From Pseudoalteromonas translucida KMM 520 (GTDB taxonomy: Bacteria; Pseudomonadota; Gammaproteobacteria; Enterobacterales; Alteromonadaceae), in assembly GCF_001465295.1 (NCBI RefSeq), contig NZ_CP011035.1, forward strand, positions 300,001 through 332,000: a DNA stretch of 32,000 nt. The letters run 5' to 3'. The notes under the pieces are model-generated. The model saw only the letters and a list, made by a program, of their open reading frames with translations. It was not told the origin of the DNA and made no database searches. The translations under genes and the position numbers were made by a program. Positions 8,074 through 16,768 of the stretch are shown piece after piece (within the stretch, counting starts at the first letter, position 1; each line of letters starts with the position of its first letter).

Positions 8074-8125
8074 CGTGGCACTGATGTTTTGTACAGTATG
8101 CAGTGATACAGTGTCACGGTTTTTT
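8074..8125 (+). terminator. Putative rho-independent terminator after the regulator gene
   Basis: CGTGGCACTG (8074-8083) pairs with CAGTGTCACG (8109-8118), with one G-T wobble. A T6 run follows at 8120-8125. The loop is long at 25 nt. Confidence 0.45.
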
Positions 8126-8654
8126 ATCCATTGTCATTATTACCTCTATTTAATCTGAGTTTAGGTTATTTATTTAAGGCCAAACATCATACATAGCTGT
8201 AACACTTGTGATCAAAAAAACGGGTAGATAGAGACTGCTACTTTGATACATCAGCGATTGTTTAAAGAAAGGAAAGTGTCTGTGTTCGCGAGTATTTTAG
8301 GTATAAGACAAATATGGTAAATCAATATTCTGATATAGCCTGCATACGGTGAAATTTAGCCGTTTGAAAACACACAGGCTTGAATATAAACAGTTAGCCT
8401 AATGTTGATAACCCCCTGCAGTAGTCAGCGCAATGGGTTCTACTACTCATACGAGGCATTCCAGTATGGAACTTAAACTCGAAAATCACAAAGCGACAAT
8501 AATAATATAGTGTTGTTCTCGGCAATTGCTCCGGCATCGCTCTACCTGCTGCATCCATGCAGTCGACTATAAGTTATTTTAAACGCAGTGAGTTATTTAA
8601 TAAGCTAAAATGCTCATGTTTTTAACAAAACTGGTAGTTAGTGCAGCCTCTCAA

Positions 8655-10082
8655 TCAAATCCGTTCTGTAGACATGCCTTGCTGGGCGATTATGCTACCT
8701 TCATGCTTTTGAGGTTGGTGTACACCTTCGGCACCATGCATCCAGTAAACTAGTCTGTCACTGAGCAGATAGATAATAACAGCAGAGAGTGTGGCAGTGA
8801 TAGCTATGCCTGCAAAGATAACCATAGCATTGTTTGCCGACTCAGTACTCTCACCAATGAAGGAGCCGACATATCCAGCGACATAATTAGCCATACCGGT
8901 AAAGAAAAACCAGATTCCCATCATCACAGATGCTAGACGAAGCGGTGCTAATTTGGTAACCATCGATAATCCAATCGGCGATAAACACAACTCACCTAAA
9001 GTATGGAATAAGTAAGCCATGATCAGCCACATCATGCTGGTTTTAACTGTAATGTCTCCTCCTTGTTGCATCGTTGCGCCAATCATAAAAAGAAAACCAA
9101 TTGCTAAGAATATCAGTGCAAGGGCAAACTTTACCGGAGAGGTGGGCTCTTTATGGTCCATTTTTATCCAGCATGAGGCAACGCTAGGGGCAAGAATGAC
9201 GATGAAAATAGCACTAACAGACTGAAACCAGCTGGCAGGAACTTCAAAATTCATTATCCAACGATCTGTGTATTCGCTAGCAAATAGATTCATCAGTCCA
9301 CCGCCTTGCTCAAAACCCGCCCAGAAAATAATAGTGAAAGCACTCATTATAAAAATAACCTTAATACGATCAAATTCGATCTTGGTTAACGACTCCTTCT
9401 TTGCTTGTCCCTTTGTATTTGATTGTTTAACGGCAGGCTCGATACCGATATCACCGAGATACTTATTACCCAAAGAGACTTGCAGTATAATACTCATTAA
9501 CATACCGATACCTGCGGCAATGAAGCCGTATTGCCATTCGAATTTTTCGGCAATGGTGCCAACAATTAGTGGCGCTATAGCAGCCCCCAAATTGATCCCC
9601 ATATAGAAAATAGTGAACGCACCATCACGACGATGATCGCCTTCTTTATAAAGGTCACCGACCATTGTGGAGATATTAGGTTTGAACATGCCATTACCAA
9701 TGATTAACAGCGCTAGACCAGTATAAAAAAAGGTCATTTCGTTGCTAATAATATATTCGTGTGGCACGCCGAGCGTAAATTGACCCGCGGCCATAAGTAA
9801 GCCCCCAATAATGATTGATTTACGCTGCCCGAGCACATTATCAGCCAACCAGCCACCAAATAGTGGTGTAACATACACTAGAAAAGTATAGGTTCCATAG
9901 AGACTCAGTGCATCGCTATTGCTCCAGCCCATACCACCGCTTTCAGTTAAAGCCACTAAATAAAGAACTAAAATAGCGCGCATACCATAATAGCTAAAGC
10001 GCTCCCACATCTCGGTGCCAAAAAGTAAAAACAGTCCTTTAGGATGGCCAAAGATAGTGCCGACAGGTTTTTCTAGACTCAT
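8655..10082 (-). CDS. Proton-dependent oligopeptide transporter (POT/PTR2 family di-/tripeptide permease)
   Basis: 475 aa and polytopic. Family signatures are present: FGTEMWERFSYYGMRAILVLYL and GGWLADNVLGQRKSI. Confidence 0.9.
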   Translation of the reverse strand: MSLEKPVGTIFGHPKGLFLLFGTEMWERFSYYGMRAILVLYLVALTESGGMGWSNSDALSLYGTYTFLVYVTPLFGGWLADNVLGQRKSIIIGGLLMAAGQFTLGVPHEYIISNEMTFFYTGLALLIIGNGMFKPNISTMVGDLYKEGDHRRDGAFTIFYMGINLGAAIAPLIVGTIAEKFEWQYGFIAAGIGMLMSIILQVSLGNKYLGDIGIEPAVKQSNTKGQAKKESLTKIEFDRIKVIFIMSAFTIIFWAGFEQGGGLMNLFASEYTDRWIMNFEVPASWFQSVSAIFIVILAPSVASCWIKMDHKEPTSPVKFALALIFLAIGFLFMIGATMQQGGDITVKTSMMWLIMAYLFHTLGELCLSPIGLSMVTKLAPLRLASVMMGIWFFFTGMANYVAGYVGSFIGESTESANNAMVIFAGIAITATLSAVIIYLLSDRLVYWMHGAEGVHQPQKHEGSIIAQQGMSTERI

Positions 10083-10236
10083 TAAATTTACCTATGTTAA
10101 TTATTGTTGTTATTCCAGCCCACCGAAATTTAGAGCACACTGTGTGAGTAGATATTTGCTTCAAGTCAGTTACAGGCTATTAATGGTAACTACGGGTGAA
10201 GTTAATGAACTTAAGAACAACATAACACTCACTGTA

Positions 10237-10250
10237 TATTGTATGCAATA
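10237..10250. promoter_or_regulatory. Operator-like palindrome TATTGTATGCAATA upstream of the POT permease
   Basis: One mismatch to TATTGTATACAATA. It lies 155 nt upstream of the start at 10082. On the minus strand it sits inside TTAACA-N18-TATACA. Confidence 0.45.
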
Positions 10251-10438
10251 TGTAATTGTTAAAAATATGGTGTTAGTGTGCTTACGTTGCTACTAAAATT
10301 TATATTAGGTATCTCATGATGAGATTTTACTGTGTTGCGTAGCTCGTTTGGCATGAAAACGGTTGTTCGTAGTGCTAGAGGATGGAGAATATTTACTTGG
10401 AGATTAATTATCTATTGAAGGTACTGAGCTGTGATAAC

Positions 10439-10471
10439 AAAACCATACTGAGATTAACTCACTATGGTTTT
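10439..10471. terminator. Hairpin downstream of the TonB-dependent receptor
   Basis: AAAACCATA (10439-10447) pairs with TATGGTTTT (10463-10471) around a 15-nt loop. T-rich tails follow on both strands. It lies 15 nt beyond the receptor stop. Confidence 0.5.
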
Positions 10472-10485
10472 GTTTTTAGCAAATA

Positions 10486-13194
10486 TTAAAACTCTTTCTT
10501 AATACCCATGTAGAAGAAACGCCCACGGAATGAATACAAGTTATCATCTGTAGAAGTGAGGTTCGCTTGGAGATAGGGAGGCTCTTTATCAAATATATTA
10601 TTAATCCCCACATGTATGTCAGCACCTATAGCCTCGATAAAAGCACCTACTTGAGCATTATGAAATACAGTGGCTTGCATAACATCATTTTCAGCTGCTT
10701 TAATTTTTGAGTTATATGTTGCATCCCAGGTCGCATGATAGTTATCCATCGACCAGTCAATTTGAAGGTTTGCTTTGAATTCAGGTAGGCTGCCAAATAC
10801 AGGATCGTAAGTTCCTACTATGTCACGAAATGGCGTATCGCTCGTGTCTTGTACTTCAAACTTATCCATCAAAGTCGTATCAAAATTTAGGCGCCATTCA
10901 CCCGCCGTTGTTGTTAATAAGTAATTAGCATTAAAATCAATACCCGCAATATTTCGAGCCGCAATATTGTTTTGTGGTGAATAAATACTTCTAATATAAC
11001 CAGTGCCATTATTACTGCGCACTACATCATTTTGGTAGGTTGGATTGCCAGCTAAATTTTGATCAATCACATAACGTGAACTTGCAAAAACTACATTGGT
11101 TTGCTCAATATTAAAATAATCGATTGTAAATGATAAATTTTCAATTGGTTCTAGTACTACACCTAGGGTGGTATTTTCTGCTTCTTCTGGTTTTAAATTA
11201 GGGTTACCGCCACCAATTATATCGTTACTTAGGTTTGAATTATGGCTAACAGCAGGATCTAATCCTAAAGCGACACAATTGGGTAATGAAGAACTAAAGT
11301 TAACGTCGTTATTCGGGTTACATGGGTCATATAAATTGATATTTTCATTAGATGTTTGACCTCGATACATTTGTGCCATCGTTGGTGCTCTGAAGCCGGT
11401 GCTATAACTTGCACGCAGTTTAAGTATATCTATTGGCTGGTAAATGACGCCAAACCTAGGGTTTGTCGTACTTTGATTAATATCGCTATAATCACTATAT
11501 CGAACTGCAGCTTCCACTTCTAAGTTATCAAGCAACGGAATTGCCAATTCAAGGTAAAATTCAATAATTTCACGAACAGGTGAAATAACGGGCGTTTTTG
11601 ATTCACCCCATGAAACATCAAAGGTAGCGGTACGTTGAGCTTGATCAACTTGTAATGATAACTGGTCTTCACGATATTCAAAGCCAGATGAAAACATTAA
11701 ATCACCAGCAGGCATGTTCATTACGGGTCCTGAGATATTGGCTTGGGCAAACATTAAGTCATTTTTATTCGTTACTAAAGGGGCTGTTGTGTTAATGAAA
11801 TTAAGCATTTCGGTGGTAATTGCACCCTCTGGACCAAACACATTGAGCGCGACACATGTTGGATCGGCCGCTGTTTCACACTCATTAGATAAAGCCCGTT
11901 CAATCATATTGATTGATGGTTGTGAGCCACCATCATTGATTAATTTTGCGGATTGGCTTGAATACACTACCTCCCAATCGTAATCGTCAAATATCATGCC
12001 TCTTAATCCTAAGGTATAGCGGTTTATGCTACTCTCAGATTTGTAAATGCGCGAGCCGTACTCACTGAAGCGACGTGATACATTACCCGCAATACCAAAT
12101 GGATTATACTTTTGGTTTGCACCAACACCAAAGTTATTACCTTCGCTATCGGGGTAGCGTTTAAACGCATTGGGTGTATCTATACTGCCACTGTACCAGC
12201 CGGTATCAACACCTGGAGGTGCTTGGTTGCCTTGGACAAAACCATTATGGAAAGAGAGTTCAGAAAAAAAAGTTATATCATTATTAAGCTCATATTCTGC
12301 AGTAACAAACACACTCGTCGTCTTGTTATCGTTAGCACCAGATTGGGCATCACGGTAGTTATATCCCATCGAATCATAATCAAATGGCGTAACAACATCA
12401 GGGTTATCGGCATCAAGTACTGTCCATGTATTACTCGAATCTAAGCCAAAACCGGAGAGACGAGAAAAGGGTGTGGTTCCTGAACTAAAATTTTGACCGC
12501 CTAAATAGCGTTGATCAGCATCTTTAGTCATGTAACGATCTTTTTCTTCCCAACCTGAATTATTACTCGTGGAAGCCGCAATCATCACACTGCCTTTATC
12601 TGTACTAAAACCAACTAGTAGGCCAATTTCACGTTCTTGTGCATCACCTTCTGAGGAAATACCAGTATGAAGGTTAATAGCAATACCATCGTAATTTTTG
12701 CGCGTGATAATATTAATAACACCAGCAATTGCATCAGAGCCATAAATAGCAGAAGCACCATCTTTCAATACTTCTATTTGAGCAATTGCTTCAAATGGGA
12801 TTGATGATAAATCAACTAATCCATCTTCATTAGAGCCAACGATACGTCGACCATTTACTAGGATCAACGTATTTGTTGCCTCAATACCACGTAATGTAGC
12901 TGTTTGAATATTATTTGCGCCAGCGCTACTTTGGTTATTGGTGCTATTACCCGTAATTGCAGGTAAGCGGCGTAATGCAGAGCTTACATTTGTAATACCT
13001 AAATTAGTTAATTGATCTTTGGTAACGACAGTAATGGGGGATGTAGAAGCTACTTCAGCACGCGCAATACGCGACCCTGTGACCATTATTTTTTCGACAT
13101 TATCATTCGCTAATACAGGAGCTGTAACGCTCATTGCGCCGGAAAACATCGCGGTACAGAGTACGGATAACTTTAAAGATGGATTTATTTTCAT
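10486..13194 (-). CDS. TonB-dependent outer-membrane receptor
   Basis: 902 aa. Signal peptide (MKINPSLKLSVLCTAMFSGAMSVTAPVLA), TonB-box-like EKIMVTGSR and plug motifs (LRGIEATNTLILVNGRR, DAIAGVINIITR). C-terminal aromatic residue (...YMGIKKEF). Confidence 0.9.
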   Translation of the reverse strand: MKINPSLKLSVLCTAMFSGAMSVTAPVLANDNVEKIMVTGSRIARAEVASTSPITVVTKDQLTNLGITNVSSALRRLPAITGNSTNNQSSAGANNIQTATLRGIEATNTLILVNGRRIVGSNEDGLVDLSSIPFEAIAQIEVLKDGASAIYGSDAIAGVINIITRKNYDGIAINLHTGISSEGDAQEREIGLLVGFSTDKGSVMIAASTSNNSGWEEKDRYMTKDADQRYLGGQNFSSGTTPFSRLSGFGLDSSNTWTVLDADNPDVVTPFDYDSMGYNYRDAQSGANDNKTTSVFVTAEYELNNDITFFSELSFHNGFVQGNQAPPGVDTGWYSGSIDTPNAFKRYPDSEGNNFGVGANQKYNPFGIAGNVSRRFSEYGSRIYKSESSINRYTLGLRGMIFDDYDWEVVYSSQSAKLINDGGSQPSINMIERALSNECETAADPTCVALNVFGPEGAITTEMLNFINTTAPLVTNKNDLMFAQANISGPVMNMPAGDLMFSSGFEYREDQLSLQVDQAQRTATFDVSWGESKTPVISPVREIIEFYLELAIPLLDNLEVEAAVRYSDYSDINQSTTNPRFGVIYQPIDILKLRASYSTGFRAPTMAQMYRGQTSNENINLYDPCNPNNDVNFSSSLPNCVALGLDPAVSHNSNLSNDIIGGGNPNLKPEEAENTTLGVVLEPIENLSFTIDYFNIEQTNVVFASSRYVIDQNLAGNPTYQNDVVRSNNGTGYIRSIYSPQNNIAARNIAGIDFNANYLLTTTAGEWRLNFDTTLMDKFEVQDTSDTPFRDIVGTYDPVFGSLPEFKANLQIDWSMDNYHATWDATYNSKIKAAENDVMQATVFHNAQVGAFIEAIGADIHVGINNIFDKEPPYLQANLTSTDDNLYSFRGRFFYMGIKKEF

Positions 13195-13239
13195 TTTTAT
13201 TCCTTAGATGTACATGTTATTTTTATAGGTCAGTTTGCA

Positions 13240-13253
13240 TACTGTATACAATA
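13240..13253. promoter_or_regulatory. Operator-like palindrome TACTGTATACAATA upstream of the TonB-dependent receptor
   Basis: One mismatch to the 14-bp palindrome. It lies 46 nt upstream of the start at 13194. On the minus strand it overlaps the -10 of TTGAAT-N17-TATATT. Confidence 0.55.
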
Positions 13254-13592
13254 TAAGTTATCCACTGCATTAATTCAATTGTTATAATGCTGTTAATTAC
13301 AAATGGGTGTTGATAATAGCCAAGTCGAAATTACAGCATCAGCCAATTGTTTATATTTATATAAAAATCAATGTGATGGAGTTTGAAGTGGGTGAAAGTA
13401 GTTGAGCTGGGGGGGATTATATTTTGCTAATCGCGACAATGGTTTAGAACTTAATCCTGACTATAGCTTAGTCACAGGCCAACAAGGTGCGCGTTATGTG
13501 TCGTTAGTGGCGCGAATTGAGTTTTAGTTTCTCTCTGTAAGGTCGTCCTTTTTAATAGTTAAGTACATTCATTATTACTAGAGCAACCGCCC

Positions 13593-13622
13593 CAATGTTG
13601 AGCAGCAAACTGCTCAACATTG
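13593..13622. other. Perfect 13-bp-stem inverted repeat (CAATGTTGAGCAG-caaa-CTGCTCAACATTG)
   Basis: Exact complementarity read directly from the sequence. There is no U-tract on either strand. It lies ~27 nt upstream of the operator at 13649. Confidence 0.6.
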
Positions 13623-13648
13623 CTATTGCATAAATAAATATCAAGGTA

Positions 13649-13662
13649 TATTGTATACAATA
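13649..13662. promoter_or_regulatory. Perfect palindrome TATTGTATACAATA upstream of the 3-hydroxyproline operon
   Basis: Second exact copy of the 14-mer. It lies 18 nt upstream of the ATG at 13680 and just before the AAGGAG RBS. It overlaps the candidate -10 (TATATT, 13647-13652). Confidence 0.6.
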
Positions 13663-13679
13663 AATCAAAGGAGCTAGTT

Positions 13680-14729
13680 ATGACCCACACTTTATTTTCA
13701 CATTGGCAGCAACCCGGTAATAACTGGCTGCAAATACACACTCTAGATATGCACACGGGAGGAGAGCCGCTACGGATTATTGTTGATGGCTTTGCGCAGT
13801 TAGCCGGCCGCACTATGCTTGAAAAACGTGCCGATTGTTTAGCCCGGTTTGATCATTTAAGACAAGCATTAATGTTTGAGCCACGCGGACACGCCGATAT
13901 GTACGGCGCCTTGATCACTGAACCTGAGCGCGCAGATAGCCATTTTGGGGTGTTGTTTTTACACAATGAAGGCTATAGCACTATGTGTGGTCACGCCATT
14001 ATTGCTTTGGCAACCGCGGCAAAAGATTGTGCTATTAGCGAGTTTAAAGAGGGCGTGAATGAGCTTCGCATTGACACTCCCGCGGGGTTAATCAAAGCGT
14101 ATATTACATTAAAAAATAATGAGTTAACGCAGGTTTTTTTTGATAACGTAGCTAGCTTTGTCGATCAGCTAGAGATGCAAATTACATTACCAGAGTATGG
14201 TTCGATAAACTGTGACATTGCCTTTGGCGGGGCTTATTATGCATTTGTTGATGCCGATAGTATCGACTTGAACTTAACTTCGAGTAACCATGAAAAAATA
14301 ATTACCTTAGGTAAAGCAATTAAAGCGCAAGTAACTAGCCAGTATCAACCCACTCACCCAAGTGATGACGCGTTAGGATTTTTATATGGCGTTATTTTTT
14401 ACTCTAATACGCAATTAAGTAACCATGACGCATTTAGCCGTCATGTTTGTATTTTTGCAGAAGGTGAATTAGACCGCAGCCCAACAGGCACTGGCGTAAG
14501 TGCCCGTGCAGCGCTTGCGTTTGCCAAAGGTGAGCTCAATATTGGGCAACAGGTTAACATTGAGAGTATTCTAGGCTCTGTATTTAGTGTTGAACTACAG
14601 CAGCAATGCCAGTTTGGCACCTATGCGGCGACTATTCCTCGAGTCAGTGGGAATGCCTTTGTTACCGGTACACATACATTTTTAATTGATCCGGCGGATC
14701 CTCTACAACAAGGGTTCATATTTAGATGA
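13680..14729 (+). CDS. Proline-racemase-superfamily enzyme of the Cys/Thr type; candidate trans-3-hydroxy-L-proline dehydratase
   Basis: 349 aa. The first catalytic motif keeps Cys (YSTMCGHAI). The second has Thr in place of Cys (DRSPTGTGVSARA). Characterised Cys/Thr members of this superfamily are t3-Hyp dehydratases. Confidence 0.8.
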   Translation: MTHTLFSHWQQPGNNWLQIHTLDMHTGGEPLRIIVDGFAQLAGRTMLEKRADCLARFDHLRQALMFEPRGHADMYGALITEPERADSHFGVLFLHNEGYSTMCGHAIIALATAAKDCAISEFKEGVNELRIDTPAGLIKAYITLKNNELTQVFFDNVASFVDQLEMQITLPEYGSINCDIAFGGAYYAFVDADSIDLNLTSSNHEKIITLGKAIKAQVTSQYQPTHPSDDALGFLYGVIFYSNTQLSNHDAFSRHVCIFAEGELDRSPTGTGVSARAALAFAKGELNIGQQVNIESILGSVFSVELQQQCQFGTYAATIPRVSGNAFVTGTHTFLIDPADPLQQGFIFR

Positions 14730-15811
14730 GTAATCACTTTAGTGCCCGCCAACAAGCAGTTAAGGCTGCCCTTGCAGCAAAAGGGCTTAGTGCGCTGTTA
14801 GTCTTTGGTTATGAAAACATTCGTTATTTAACGGGCTTTAGTGGTAATGCCGCTTATGCTTTGATCACCCAACAGCAGCATATATTAATTACCGATTATC
14901 GTTACTTTGAGCGCGCGCAAGCCGAGTGCCATGGTTTTGAGATATTCAGCCGTGATCGAGATAACGAAAGCTTAGGGCAGTGCATTAATCGCTTTTTAGC
15001 ACCGCACTCACAGCTAGGTTTTGATGCGGCGTTTATTAATGTTTCGTTGTGGCAGCAAGTAGCAAGTGAGTTATCGATGCATCAATTACAGCCAATTACA
15101 GGGCTGGTTGAACAGCAGCGAATGATAAAAAATAGCTGGGAACTTACACAACTAAAAGCCGCAGCAGCCATAGCTGATAACGCACTAGCGCAAACATTAC
15201 CGTATTTTAAAGCAGGAGTGAGCGAACGTGACTTAGTCCTAGAGCTTGAATACAGAATGCAAAAATTAGGCTCTGAGGGCATGTCGTTTGCCACCATTTT
15301 AATGTTTGGCGAGCGTACTTCACTACCCCATGGCAACCCCAGTGCTCGGCAGCTTAAACACGGTGACTTTATTACCCTTGATTTTGGTGCGGTAATTAAT
15401 GGCTATCGCTCTGACATGACCCGCAGTTATGTACTTGGTGAGGCATCAGCAAAACAAACTGATATTTATAATGCTGTCGCTGCGGCGCAACAGGCTGCTA
15501 TGAGCATACTAAAACCGGGAGTGGCGTGTATTGAGTTGCAAAATGCCTCACAGCGGGTGCTAGATAATTCAGGCTACGGACAATGGGCTGGCCCAGGGCT
15601 TGGACATGGATTGGGACTGTTTTTACATGAGCAGCCATTTATTAATAAAAACTGTCACTACGATTTAGCGATTGGCAATGTGATCACCATAGAGCCGGGT
15701 ATTTATATTCCAGAGTTTGGTGGTGTGCGCCTTGAAGACGATATTGTTATTACCCCACAGGGCTATGAAATTTTAACCCATGCCCCTAAACCTTTTCAAT
15801 TGGAGAGTTAA
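14726..15811 (+). CDS. M24B Xaa-Pro dipeptidase / aminopeptidase (prolidase)
   Basis: 361 aa. Creatinase-N-like N-terminus and M24 metal-ligand regions (DFGAVINGYRSDMTRS, HGLGLFLHEQP, GGVRLEDDIVIT). The start overlaps the upstream stop as ATGA. Confidence 0.85.
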   Translation: MSNHFSARQQAVKAALAAKGLSALLVFGYENIRYLTGFSGNAAYALITQQQHILITDYRYFERAQAECHGFEIFSRDRDNESLGQCINRFLAPHSQLGFDAAFINVSLWQQVASELSMHQLQPITGLVEQQRMIKNSWELTQLKAAAAIADNALAQTLPYFKAGVSERDLVLELEYRMQKLGSEGMSFATILMFGERTSLPHGNPSARQLKHGDFITLDFGAVINGYRSDMTRSYVLGEASAKQTDIYNAVAAAQQAAMSILKPGVACIELQNASQRVLDNSGYGQWAGPGLGHGLGLFLHEQPFINKNCHYDLAIGNVITIEPGIYIPEFGGVRLEDDIVITPQGYEILTHAPKPFQLES

Positions 15812-15813
15812 AT

Positions 15814-16752
15814 ATGCAAATTATAGATGCAACCCAGATTGATAATGTCCTTAGTTTTGAGTCTTTACTAACGGCGATGCAGCAAGGTTTTGCGCAAGAT
15901 TTTGGTATGCCAAAACGCAACGTGTATGAGCTTGATCATAGTGATAGTAACCACGATGCATTTGCCGTGTTACCCGCGTGGAATCAAGACGTGATTGGTG
16001 TGAAAGCGTTTACTTACTTTCCAAGTAATAGCCAAGCAGGCTATCACTCATTGTATTCTAAAATTATGCTGTTTTCGCGTGCGCATGGCGAACCATTGGC
16101 CTTAGTAGATGGCACACGTATTACCTTATGGCGTACCGCAACGGTATCGGCACTAGCGAGTCGCTATTTATCTCGTGAAAACAGTGAACACTTAGTGTTA
16201 TTCGGTAGCGGAAATTTAGCCGAATATATGGTGCGTGCGCATCTGGCTGTGCGTAATTTTAAACGCGTAACACTGGTGGCACGTAATCAGCAAAAGGTAT
16301 CCGCCTTACAAAGCACATTACAAAAAGCATTTCCTGATATTAAATTTACTGTAGCGCAAAGCACTGCAGAATTGATTCACAGTGCCGACGTAATTTGTTG
16401 TGCTACTGGCTGCCCAACACCATTATTTGATGGTCAATGGTTGAAAGAAGGCACACATATTGATTTAATTGGTAATCATCACAGCGAACAGCGAGAATGT
16501 GATAGCACCACGATTACGCGCAGTCGTGTATTTGTTGACAGCAAAACCAATGTATTAAATGAAGCGGGTGAGTTATTATTACCCATACAAGAAGGTGTAT
16601 TTAGCGAACAAGATGTGTGTGCGGAACTAGCTGATCTCGCTAAGCTAAATACTCCGGCACGCATTAATGAAAGCGAAATAACTGTATTTAAATCAGTGGG
16701 CACTGCGCTGAGTGACTTAATAGCAGCGTATTTAGTTTACCAAACCCTATAA
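15814..16752 (+). CDS. Ornithine cyclodeaminase / mu-crystallin family protein; candidate delta1-pyrroline-2-carboxylate reductase
   Basis: 312 aa. The length, an NAD(P)-binding glycine motif (LVLFGSGNLAEYM) and TGCPTPLF/VDSK-type motifs are typical of the family. GGAGAG RBS. Function is inferred from pairing with the dehydratase. Confidence 0.75.
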   Translation: MQIIDATQIDNVLSFESLLTAMQQGFAQDFGMPKRNVYELDHSDSNHDAFAVLPAWNQDVIGVKAFTYFPSNSQAGYHSLYSKIMLFSRAHGEPLALVDGTRITLWRTATVSALASRYLSRENSEHLVLFGSGNLAEYMVRAHLAVRNFKRVTLVARNQQKVSALQSTLQKAFPDIKFTVAQSTAELIHSADVICCATGCPTPLFDGQWLKEGTHIDLIGNHHSEQRECDSTTITRSRVFVDSKTNVLNEAGELLLPIQEGVFSEQDVCAELADLAKLNTPARINESEITVFKSVGTALSDLIAAYLVYQTL

Positions 16753-16768
16753 AAATAAAGGTGGTTGT

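Noticed and set aside
8510-8570. Possible tRNA fragment or att-like sequence (…CCGGCATCGCTCTACCTGCTGCATCCATGCAGTCGAC…)
   Set aside because: GCTCTACC resembles the complement of a tRNA D-arm. I could not build an acceptor stem, anticodon arm or T-arm on either strand, and no integrase is nearby.
9019-10296. Plus-strand ORFs 9019..9225, 9268..9606 and 10015..10296
   Set aside because: They are antisense to the POT permease or lie in its promoter region, with no RBS or family resemblance.
10310-10324. Palindrome ATCTCATGATGAGAT followed by TTTT, considered as a terminator
   Set aside because: The loop would be 1-3 nt and the stem only ~6 bp. It lies upstream, not downstream, of the POT gene and far from the receptor stop, so it has no clear role.
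11168-13207. Plus-strand ORFs within the TonB-dependent receptor (11168..11359, 11714..11983, 12112..12444, 12170..12358, 13019..13207)
   Set aside because: They are antisense shadows of a 902-aa CDS with clear family motifs.
13559-13813. ORF 13559..13813(-)
   Set aside because: It overlaps the operator, RBS and start of the dehydratase gene. It is Cys-rich with no RBS, so it is not credible.
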